Origin: Basidiobolus meristosporus CBS 931.73
Lineage: Eukaryota; Fungi; Basidiobolomycota
Direction of reading: 5' to 3'
Length of the DNA stretch: 64,000 nt
Assembly (NCBI GenBank): GCA_002104905.1
Contig: MCFE01000439.1
Location: forward strand, 10,442-74,441
The translations under genes were made by a program, and so were the position numbers. The notes beneath the pieces are model-generated. The model was given only the letters and a program-made list of their open reading frames with translations, was not told the DNA's origin and searched no databases. Shown in pieces: positions 52,291 to 63,116 of the stretch (position 1 is its first letter; each line of letters opens with the position of its first letter).

Positions 52291-54120
52291 GTTGACAAAT
52301 TATATAACAACCCCCAACCACAAAGAGAGCGGATTCACGACCAGCACAAAATACGCGTTCCATCATTTTGTCATGTACCTTAGCTTCACTATGTTAATTC
52401 CGAAGAAATTGTATACATATATATATACTATATTATTGAATAGTAAATAAATAAATAAGAACTAAGGGTATGCAAGAATATTTGGTGTATGAGCACATAC
52501 TGCACAACATGACTTCGAAGTATGAATATATGGGCCAATCCACGATACTTCACACCAGAAAGTACGTATATTTCCGGAGATCCCCCTGAATGCCACACAA
52601 ATTGCATCTCGCTAACCCTAATCGTTGATAATGCATAACAATGGAATGCCTAGATTTTCCGATGATATCATATCATTCCGAGAGTCCCCGCCTGTGAGCA
52701 GGTAGTGAAAGTGTTCACCTCCACTTCATATTCTTCAGATGGGGGTTGTGGGTTTAGGACACATACATATTTAACTTCATTGCGATGACTTCCAGAATAT
52801 TTAGATATATATATATTGGGGGTTGAACATCACTCCTGTCAATCATACCACCAAATAGCTATTCATTGAACATGAACACCCTCCCAAAGCTTCCCACATC
52901 TAGGTTTCACTCTCTACAGCCCGAGCAATGCCATCAAGTGCTCGCCATATACACCTTCAGTCCTTCGGGAATGACTAGAAATGTATTGCGGCCCCTAAGT
53001 CCTGAAAGATGCCCGAAGAGCTTCTAAACATTATCCATCTCAAGCCTATATGAAAGGATTCCAGCTCTCGTCAACTCTCTTCAGATGAGCTGGAGAAGTG
53101 GGACATTGTTACCAATAGTGACAGGCTCGCAATGTTTGGATAACCCAAAGTGGCTTTGACAGTAGTTAAGTCACTATGTATTCCAACCGGCCTGTTCTTT
53201 CGAAAAAAGTATATGCACAGGGCAGTGGTGTATATCGCTATTCTACCTTTTGGGTGAGCGCTTCTCATATGCATACACAGGCTCTAGGGGCAGTTTTTGC
53301 AGTCCCTAGAATGGCTGGTGGTAAGGTGCTTTTTATATTTTATTTACTGAGCAGGTGCTGATGTTTCCACAGCGGTGATCCGCCACTTACGCAACCTTCA
53401 AAAGATGGAACATGACGGAGGTAGGCCCGTGTTGTGAATCCGCCAGATCAACATTTGTATTGAGTTGGCCCATATAGGTTGGATTACTCATTTATTACAT
53501 GAAGCCGAGAATGGGGTTACATCAGCTATATCGTAGCATTCGACTCATCCAAATTTTGAGAGTAGGATACATTTACTTGCCTGGATGAAAGTATGTCAGC
53601 CAGCACTCTTAAAGAGAATACTGGTGGCACCCGTGCGGGTAATATTGATTGAAACAGGGGGGGTGAGCAATTGGCTAAATGAGCCATTGTATAGAGTGTG
53701 TTTTTCAACTGTTTCCCTAAGGGAATAATCAGGTGGAATTACAAATCTTACAACATTTTCTATCATCATCAATAAGTAGTTTTGGTATTAAAAGTTTCAT
53801 GGCATTTTTGCTAGGCCTGTAGGGGTTTTTGGGTGTTGTGCATACTTGTTTTGAGCATGCAGCTGAGTTAACATAATTTGCTAGTGTGACTCAAGCTATT
53901 ATCAACAAGATTTGTAATATTGCATGATGCTGCATACATTAGGTGTATGGCATTAATGTAAATAAGGGGGAGTGTGAGGTATCAGAGCTGGTGATGGTGG
54001 CCTGGGTAAAGGTGATAGTAGCAATGGTAATTGTGAGTGGCCAGTTGAAATATATTGGCATATCAATATGTGACTCTATAGTCAGTAAGCAAAATCACTT
54101 GATGGACAGAGTATTGCTTC

Positions 54121-54446
54121 TGCTGTGATAGCTTTGGAGATATTGGAAGTGACTGGAAGAATAAGTAAGCTATGTGGCCTTTGCATAATAATACATTGAA
54201 TGTAATAGTAGTAGTCATATTTTACACAGTGTTAGCAAAACAGATATGTAAAATATGTCTAGGAGGGCTCCAAGAGTATGTATGTAAAGTTTGTGGCTAT
54301 TTGACAACTTAGTGATCCTTCATGTTCCAGGTACCTACAATTTTGGGGGAAAACATTTCAAGTAAATCCCAATGAGGAATTTGGTCAGAATGATCCAAGT
54401 GACCAAGTTAGGTGCATGTTTAGGTATAATTACAAAATTTACAACA
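54121..54446 (-). mobile_element. Copia-family LTR in inverted orientation (probable solo LTR)
   Basis: Reverse complement aligns over about 326 bp to LTRs 54598-54928 and 55735-56083. It begins TGTTGTAA on the minus strand. No PBS and no clear TSD. Confidence 0.75.
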
Positions 54447-54597
54447 AGAAATGCTTGAGATAGCTCAAGATGATTGAGGCAATTGTTAAACCAAGTATGA
54501 TGAGTCCTCTTCAGGTATGATGGAAACATGCTAATTTATAATTGCAGTGCTCCTCCAGGAAATTGACAAAAATGCACTACAATACTTACATTCAATA

Positions 54598-55411
54598 TGT
54601 TTTAAAAATTTGTAGTTCCACCTAAATATTCACCTAACTTAATCACTTAGATCATTACCTTCCAATCCTAGGGATACTGACCTAGTTCCTTGTTGGAATT
54701 TACCTACAATATTTACCCAGAACATAAAAATTAGATAAGTTGTCCAAACAGCCCCAAACATTGCACACATGCTCTTGGAACCTTCCTTAACCTATTCTAC
54801 ATGCTTGTGATGCCAAGACCATGTAAAAGTATTAATACTACTTTTACATTCAATAATGCATCAAGTGAAAAGCACATAATCAACTTGTTCTCCCAATCAC
54901 TTCCAGTATCTCTAAGACTCTTACAACAGGTTATGAGCCCAAGCTGTCACACTCTGCAGTGTCTACTACAGCTATTACTGGAATTTTTCTCTCTGCTGAA
55001 ATGTTGGATGGATCTAACAACCAAGTGTAGAGGGTGAAGATGAAGATGCTGCTACAAGAAAGAGGCCTTTGGGACATTGTCATGGGAGAAGAATGCCCTC
55101 CAAAAATGTGGGAGAGGAAGCCTTAAAGTACCAGAAGAAAGAACAATGCAACTTTAACTGCATATGCCTCAATGTTAAAGGCAAATTGCTAATTCAATGC
55201 TTAAGAGCAAAAATGGCAAAGAATGCCTGGAAGGCATTAGAAGACACCAACTAGTCATGTTCAGCTGCTAAAAAAATGTATCTTAGACAAAAATTCTTTA
55301 TTACAAAGATGCTGCCAGGTGAAGAAATGAAAAATCTAACTAACAGAATTACCCTCCGGTGGATGAGATGGAAACTGTGGGTGTACCAACCACTGACAAG
55401 GATGTGATAGT
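54598..55411 (+). mobile_element. Truncated, degenerate Ty1/Copia retrotransposon: LTR 54598-54928, PBS, 5' gag
   Basis: LTR ends TTACAACA, followed by PBS GGTTATGAGCCC; frameshifted gag paralogous to 56088-56560. Confidence 0.85.
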
Positions 55412-55731
55412 AGGGGGAAGACAGTCACCAGCAGGTCAAATCTCTATTTCAGTTGAAACAAAGAAGCCAGTGCTACTTCTGTAGCTTTGATACCAGAGTG
55501 TGTAGCTGAGGGAAATTTGTAGGTAAATGAACAAGGAGAGATGATAGTTCTTCTGTACACAAGACACTGTTCAGTGAGAAGGGGGGTAGCAAGAGGGGTA
55601 AGAATGATCTGTGCATAACATTGACAAGGGGAATGTGATAAGGATTGATACCCATGATAATGGGAGTGTGCTGCTTCAGTTATTGCTGCCAAAGGTCTGT
55701 CAAGTACTTCAGGTAGAGCAGCTTGGGTTTT
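55411..55731 (-). mobile_element. 3'-terminal ~320-bp fragment of a non-LTR (LINE) element
   Basis: Paralogous to 57860-58180 (ORF ..INPYHIPLVNVMHRSFLPLLLPP..VSKLQK*). Confidence 0.85.
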
Positions 55732-55734
55732 TAT

Positions 55735-57840
55735 TGTTGTAAAAATTTGTATTTCCACCTAAATATTCACCTAACTTAGTCACTTAGATCATCACCTTCA
55801 AATCCTAGAGAATACTGACCAAATTCCTTGTTGGGATTTACTTAGAATATTTTCACCAAAATGCCAGGTACCCAGAACATGAAAATTCTCAAAATTGTTC
55901 AAACAGCCCTAAACTTTGCACACATGTTCTTGGGACCTTCCTTAACCTATTCTACATGTTTGTAATGCCAAGACCAGGTAAAAGTATAAATACTACTTTT
56001 ATATTCAATAAATCATTAAGTGAAAACCACATAATCTACTTGTTCTCCAAATCACTTCCAATATCTCCAAGACTCTTACAACAGGTAATGAGCCCCAAGC
56101 TGTCACTCTCTGCAATGTCTACTACTGTTATTACTGGAATTTTTCCCTCTGCTGAAAAGTTGGATGGATCTAACAACCAAGTGTGGAAGGTGAAGATGAA
56201 GATGCTGCTACAAGAAAGAGGCCTTTGGGATATTGTCATGGGAGAAGAATGCCCTCCTAAAAACGTGGGAGAGGAAGCCTTAAAGTACCAGAAGAAAGAA
56301 CAAAGTGCCTTTAACTGCATATGCCTCAATGTTAAAGACAAATTGCTAATTCAATGCTCAAGAGCAAAAACGGCAAAGAATGCCTGGAAGGCATTAGAAG
56401 ACACCTACCAGTCATGTTCAGCTGCCAAGAAAATGTATCTGAGATGAAAATTCTTTACTACAAAGATGCTGCCAGGAGAAGAAATGAAAAATCTAATTAA
56501 CAGAATTACCCTGCTGGTAGATGAGATGGAATCTGTGGGCATACCAACTACTGATGAGGATGTAATAGTTACCATCCTGAATAGCCTGACAGACAAGTTT
56601 CAGGGCCTTGTATCAGCCCTAGAGTCCAGAACTGAAGATTTGACCTTAAATTACGTATATGGAAGGCTCCTGGATGAAGAATTAAGAAAATCAAGCGCCA
56701 ATAAGAAGGAAGTAGATAATGCTTTAATAAGCAATGATAACCAACAAAGGAGGTACCCAAGACCCTACAAAGGCAACAGCAACCTATTTTGCAACTACTG
56801 CAAAGGAAAGGACAGACATCAGACCGGTGTCTCAAAAAGAAAGATAATCAGCAAAAGAAGCCTGAATATGGAAATGCTGCAACAACTGAAGATAGACTAT
56901 TCATATCTGCACTAAATATGACCACAAACAAGGATTCTCAGACGTGGTATATTGACTCTGGAGCTTCTCAACACTTTACACACCAAAAAGAACTTTTTAC
57001 CAAATATCAAGAAATTCCAATTAAGAAGGTTTTCATGGGTGACAATAGAACATTTGATGCAGTGGGAGAAGGAACTATCCAAGTAAACCTTAGAAGCAAT
57101 GAAGGAAGCCATACACTGACCTTTGAAGAAGTACTCTATGTACCAGAAATAGCCAAGAACCTACTCTCTGTAAGCAAGGCCACAGCAGAAGGACTCAGTT
57201 TCAGTTTTGACAATTCTGGATGCAGGATCACTGATCAAAATGGTGCTCATATTGCTTTGGGCATCAGAGATCAGAATCTATACAAGTTGACTTATATTCC
57301 ATCATATCTGGAAGCCAATATAAGTAACTTAAATGAAGAAACACCAATGCTTTGGCACAGGAGATTTGGGCACATCAATTTTGATTATTTGCGCAAAATG
57401 ATCCAAGATCAGCTAATTTCTGGAGTGAAAATTGATCCCACAGCTAATTTGGAGCACTGTGAAGCCTGCATATATGGGAAACAAGCCAGACAACCATTCA
57501 AGAGCTCTGGGTTAATCAAAACTAAGAAAAAATTAGATCTAATTCACTCAGATCTGTGTGGACCTATGCAAAATTTATCCTTAAGCGGGATGAAGTATTT
57601 GATTACTTTTATTGATGATTATACAAGATACACATGGGTCTACTTCATGGAGAGAAAGGAAGAAGCTCTATCTAAGTTCAGGGAGTTTAAAGCCATGGTG
57701 GAGAGAGAAACTAGTGAAAAAATCAAGAAAATATGCTCTGACAATGGTGGAGAATATACCTCAAAACTCTTCATCCACTTCTGCAAAATTCATGGGATAA
57801 AGCAAGAGACTACTGTACCATACTCCCCACAGCAAAATGG
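55735..57840 (+). mobile_element. Truncated Ty1/Copia retrotransposon: LTR 55735-56083, PBS, gag, protease, GAG-pre-integrase, partial integrase
   Basis: LTR bounded by TGTTGTAA..TTACAACA; EKLDGSNNQVWKVKMKMLL..LWDIV; protease WYIDSGASQHF; LWHRRFGH, CEACIYGKQ, LIHSDLCGP, FIDDYTR, SDNGGEY, YSPQQNG. Premature TGA at 56445 and a frameshift near 56810. Confidence 0.93.
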
Positions 57841-57841
57841 G

Positions 57842-57859
57842 TTAGGGTTAGGGTTAGGG
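57842..57859 (+). repeat. Interstitial telomeric repeat (TTAGGG)3 at the Copia/LINE junction
   Basis: AAATGG-G-TTAGGG-TTAGGG-TTAGGG-TAGGGGGGG read directly at 57835-57868. Confidence 0.9.
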
Positions 57860-59535
57860 TAGGGGGGGAGACAGTCACCAACAGGTGAAATCTTTATTTC
57901 AGTTGAAACAAAGAAGCCAGCGCTACTGTTGTAGCTTTGATACAAGAGTGTGTAGCTGCAGGGAATTTGTAGGTAAGTTAATAAGAAGTGATGATAGTTC
58001 TTCAGTGCTCAAGACACTGTTCAGTGGGAAGGGGGGTAGCAAGAGAGGTAAGAATGACTTGTGAACAACATTAATGAGGGGAATGTGATAAGGATTGATA
58101 TTCATCATAAAGGGAGTGTGCTGCTGCAGATATTGCTGCCAAAGGTCTGTCAAGTACTTCAGGTAGGCCAGCTTGGGTTTTTCTGACTGCAGAATATATT
58201 GAGCAAACTTCTTGACTTCAGGATCTCCAAGTATAGTTCTCCAGCAGGAGCCAGGTGTAGTGTGATGTGTTCTCTTCCAGGCCTTAATCAGTGGGTTGTT
58301 GCAGTGGTGAAGTCTGAGATATAATCTGGTTCTAAGGTAGAGAAGTCTGATCTTATAGGGCATAAACCCAAAAGCACCAAGAATAGCATGTCTGTAGGGG
58401 CATTCAGGCAAATGAGGCACCAAGGAGGTAATGCACCATACTGCAAACTTGTCAAGCTTAGTGCAGTCTCTAGAAGTAAGAGAGAGAAGTGGTAAGCCAA
58501 ACTCCAGGACAGGGAAGACAAACTGCTTGAGTAGAAGGAGGCAGCTGGGAGCTGAAGTTGTTGGAGGAGTAACAGCCAGTAGCTTGTGGAGTGCCTGTCT
58601 TGCCAGGATAATTCTCTTCTTCAGGTGTGCTCCAGAGTCTAGTCCAGTAGGAAGGAAAGGAAAGCCAAGATATGTAGCAGAAACCTGAGCAGGTAGAGTG
58701 GAGTTCTCCAAGTTGATGGGAGAGCCCAAAGGTACTGTCTTTGCAATGGAAAGCTGGAGATTATTCTTCTGCAGATACTGGTGGATGGTCTGGGAGTCTT
58801 GTTGCACATTGGAGGAGGATATTCAGATGTCATCAGCAAAGAGAGTAACCAGGCAGTCAGCTGAGAGTCTTGGGAAATCATTCAGGAAGATGGCAAACAG
58901 TATAGGACCAAGCACAGAGCCTTGAACCACTCCATTAGGAACTGAGAACACAGCTGATTGCTCACTTGGGTGCAGAATTCTTGCTTGTGGATCCAGAAAC
59001 AGAGACCTGACAAGGAGGGTGAGAGAGGTACTGGAGAAGCATTGCAACTTGGACCAAAGCAGATTTCTGTCAACTGAATCAAAGGCCTTAGTAATATCAA
59101 ACAGAACAGAGGGATACTTGCACTGGAGAGAGTGATCTTGGCTAAGTATGCCTGCATACTCCAAGGAGAGGCCAGGAACAAAGCCAAACTGTGCAGGATG
59201 AAACTTGAGGGAGTCAGAGTAGAGCTCCTGAGCAAGCAGAAGCTCAAGCACCTTTCTGCAGGTGGGCAGCAGAGATATTGGCCTGTAGGAGCTAGGATCC
59301 AGGTGCTTTCCTTTACCCTTGTACAGTGGCAGAACATTTGCAAAGGACCATTCCTCAGGAGTAGAAAGCTGGGCTGAGCATTGCTGAAACAGTGGAAGCA
59401 GAAGTGCAGACATGGCCTTGGCACTAGTCTTCAGAAGCTCATAGGAGATTGTGTCCACACCTGGAGCAGTAGAGTTGGGAAGCCTCTTGAGCACATTTAG
59501 GGTGTAGGTGTTATAGTAAGGGCTAGGAAAAGGTT
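57860..59535 (-). mobile_element. 5'-truncated non-LTR retrotransposon (LINE-type reverse transcriptase), one premature stop
   Basis: APGVDTI, YRPISLLPTCRKVLE, QFGF, FDITKAFDSV, GVVQGSVLGPILFAIFLND, LFADD, YLGFP. In-frame TGA at 58823-58825. No endonuclease domain within the retained part. Confidence 0.92.
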
Positions 59536-59540
59536 AGAAG

Positions 59541-59610
59541 AGCAGGGGGTCTGGGGGACGCAGTCCCCTAGAGAATAAAAAAGCAGGGGGTTTGGGGGAT
59601 GTAATCCCCC
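59541..59610. repeat. Two tandem G/C-rich hairpin motifs
   Basis: AGCAGGGGGTCTG-GGGGAC-GCA-GTCCCC and AGCAGGGGGTTT-GGGGGAT-GTA-ATCCCCC. Confidence 0.8.
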
Positions 59611-59880
59611 ATACTGCTCCCATACTCTTTAAACTCCTGTTGGATTACTTTTCTCTCATTCTTGGTTCTGGTCCCTTAGGGTTAGAATTCCTCCTCCCAA
59701 CCCTTATCACCCTAACCATAAATATTTTTACCCTACAATTGGCACATTGTCTGCTCATACGGTGGGCATGTCTGGGCCAATATTTATCTCCCTATACTGT
59801 CCATACGCTCTGTATAAGTCTTGATGACTATTTAATTAATAAATTGTTATTAGACCTGTTCCATCATTTCAGCCAATCAT

Positions 59881-59958
59881 AGTGCCCAATAGTGCCATAG
59901 CATGCCAGATGGTGCCTGATCATGCCACAGAGTGCCAGATGGTGCCATACAGTGCCAA
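59881..59958. repeat. Eight TGCC motifs at exact 10-bp spacing
   Basis: TGCC starts at 59883, 59893, 59903, 59913, 59923, 59933, 59943 and 59953. Confidence 0.9.
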
Positions 59959-60340
59959 TTTGAGATCAAAATTGACATGCATATGACCCTAAAATATCAA
60001 ATCAATAGCAAAATATACAGCACTTTCTGGCACTATGATCAATGGTACAATAGAACAAGTCTATTTTTAATGTATATCTAATAATTAATGGGATTCATCC
60101 CAATCTGACCACAGTCCCATATTTTGATAAGCTTTGGGCACCATAAATTGCGCGGCCCTAATATGATAAAAAAATTCATGGCCAATACAAATTTTCTGTA
60201 ACCCAATTGCTTTTACCAAATATAAAGTGTATCCAAAAGTTCAATATATATTATGGCTATAATAGAAACTTTATTTGACACCATCGCAACTACTACTTAT
60301 GTTCTATGTGCACATGTATCCCGCGGGAATTGTAAAACTT

Positions 60341-61051
60341 AGCCATGTGGTACAAAAGTGCTTTTATTTTTCATCATGATAGTTTTACATGAGTTTTTAA
60401 CGCACTTTGAAAGTACGCAGTAGCCATACCCCAACAGGTTTTAAGGATGTCCACTAGCTACGTATACTTGTGTCTAGCGGGAGCCATCAATCATCAGCCG
60501 TGCAATACTGAAATGCTTTTATTTTTCATCATGCTAGTTTTGTATGAATCCCTAACGCACTTTCATAGTGCGCGGTAACCATACCCCAACAGGTTTTAAG
60601 GATACCCACTTGCTACGTTTACTTGTGTCTAGCGGGAGTCATCAATCATCAGCCGCGCAGTAATAAAGTGCTTTTATTTTTCATCATGATAGTTTTACAT
60701 GAGTCCTTAACGCACTTTCATAGTGCATGGTAACCATACCCCAACAGGTTTTAAGGATACCCACTTGCTATGTTTACTTGTGTCTAGCGGGAGTTATCAA
60801 TCATCAGCCGCGCGGTAATAAAGTGCTTTTATTTTTCATCATGATAGTTTTACATGAGTCCCTAACGCACTTTTATAGTGCGCGGTAACCATACCCCAAC
60901 AGGTTTTAAGGATACCCACTTGCTACGTTTACTTGTGTCTAGCGGGAGTTATCAATCATCAGCCGCGTGGTAATAAAGTGCTTTTATTTTTCATCATGAT
61001 AGTTTTACATGAGTCCTTAACGCACTTTCATAGTGCGCGGTAACCATACCC
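60341..61051. repeat. 155-bp tandem repeat array, ~4.6 copies
   Basis: CTTTTATTTTTCATCATG starts at 60361, 60516, 60671, 60826 and 60981. Confidence 0.95.
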
Positions 61052-61511
61052 CCAGAAAGTAGTGTGGATGCTTACTTTAAATGCTCACTTGTGTATTGTA
61101 CAGACTATCAACAAACAGCCGTGTGGGAATGGAACATCATAGAAAAGCATTGCTTTGTTGTTAGCAAGTATTGATCCGCAAATAGTGGTACTATGTGAAT
61201 TATTGAGTAACTATTTACTCTAGTTGGTTCCAAGATATTCCTAGACAATATGCTCAAAATCAATATTAGCATCAATAGCTTGCTCTTTGATCACTAAACC
61301 ACCGCACCCAATATGCGGTGGCCTTGGTTTTGTCTAGCCGTCAAGGAATGAAACCAGAGTACAGTCACAAGAGAGGCAAAAGTGAAATGTGATTAAGTAA
61401 GTGTATATGAAAGTAATATAAATCTACAGGACAGAAGAGAACAACTAGTAGTCAAACAGCACTCACTGACACTCCACCGAGTAGAGCACCAACACAGACA
61501 ATAAACAAGTC

Positions 61512-62991
61512 ATGAAGGGAAAGCTTAAGGACCGCTACTCGGGGATCAAGACCAAATGAGGAAGCTGCCTCTACCATAGCAGTCCTCGTGCTCCAAAGGA
61601 AGACCAAGAGTCTATTATAGACAAAGATTGCGGCAAGAAGAGCAGTACAATTACCAATTCTGGTAGTGGTACCTTTGGAAGTCCCAAATACCTGGAGAAA
61701 ACTTGGAAAAAATTGGCAGATGACTCAGTTGTCCTGAGGAGAAAACAAACCAATGCGATTGAGCAGTTCCAAAACAAACTTCAGCTTAGTTCTTCTTTGC
61801 CACACTATAAAGTACTCCAAGTGGCTTATTTGGATTATAAGTGTATGAAGGAGAATCAGGCAGAGACTGATAAATTAAGTGATAGTCAATTGCATCACTT
61901 CTAAGATCAGGTAGAGAAACAGTCGCACAGCCAAGAGACGGAACAAGAATTGACAATTACAGAAACCAAATAATTTTGCCAATGTAGTTTTGCATTTTAA
62001 TAAAATAAAAGGGTGTTAATAAGAACAGAATAAAGTTAACTTATGTGTACATCAAATGATTCAAATACTGGCTAAATGGATGTTACATATGAGCAAGAAG
62101 CTCAGTAACCTCAAAGGAAAGATATGATGAATGGGCCACCGACATCATCCAAATGAGTATAAAAGTGGAGAAAGGAGACATAATCCTTCATAAAAAACAA
62201 GAAGCATGGAAGCAGGCAGTAGCCAGGTAGATGCTAGGAGTGAAGGTAGAGTACAAAGAGAGCGAGGAAGGGGACAAGGACGCGGAAGAGGACGCGGAAC
62301 CGGGTGCGGAAGAGGAAGAGGGCAAGGAAGTGGCCAAATCCAAGAGGAGCGTGAAGGAGGTGTTGCAGCAAACGTGGATGATGCTGAGCAAGTTGCTGTA
62401 GTCACTACCAGGCGGCCGGTCAACCAAGTTTCCCAAGCATTGTCAGAGGTTTGACAAGAGCTTCCGGAATATAGGACAACATCACACCATGAGATATTGC
62501 GACGTATGTGCCAGGAGATTAAACAGAGGAGGGGTGATATTGTAAAGCTAAATTGGGATATTGCTGGACTTCAAGCCCAGATTGATTTCAGTTTCCACCA
62601 TTCTACTGAGGTATTAGTGGCACAAATGGTGGAAAAGTTTGCCCGCATCAGGGCAAGCAATGAGCAGGGTGCATCTTCCAACCCAGGTGTACTTGCAAGT
62701 GACAGTATTGGAGGGGATACTACTTCCTCCCTCGAACCTACCGCAAGCCAAGAGACAAGAGCAGAATCCTCCACAACAATGAGAATGGCCCCCACGCAGG
62801 TTGATATGGAAGTGTGCGAAGAAGACGTGGAGAAGCAGAGTGGGGATACTATAGGCCAGCCAGAAACTGTAATGGAGGCAGAGAGACCAAGTCATATTGT
62901 CATCTTAAAAATACCACAGGTTGATTCATTGCTATCACTTCCCCCATCATCACTATCTGTGCCCCCATCACCACCACCATCCTCTGGCTAA
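61512..62991 (+). pseudogene. Decayed ORFs of unknown function (basic, RG-repeat and Ser/Pro-rich segments)
   Basis: Frames extend through single TGA codons, e.g. 62452-62454 joins ORF 62206 to ORF 62497. Contains GRGQGRGRGRG. No family recognised. Confidence 0.4.
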
Positions 62992-63116
62992 CTTGAGCAA
63001 ATAAAGAATTTCCACCATCCCAAATCAATGAATTGACAAGTAATAAGTTGAACTGATAAGATTGACGATTTACAGACTAATATATGTAAAGTATGTAGTA
63101 CTTAAGAGCTTTCAAG

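Noticed and set aside
52300-53700. Possible gene remnants between RPS1 and the TE block
   Set aside because: Only short stop-interrupted frames, with no motif I can recognise.
60341-61051. CRISPR-like array
   Set aside because: The units are fully repeated with no unique spacers, the context is eukaryotic, and there are no cas genes.
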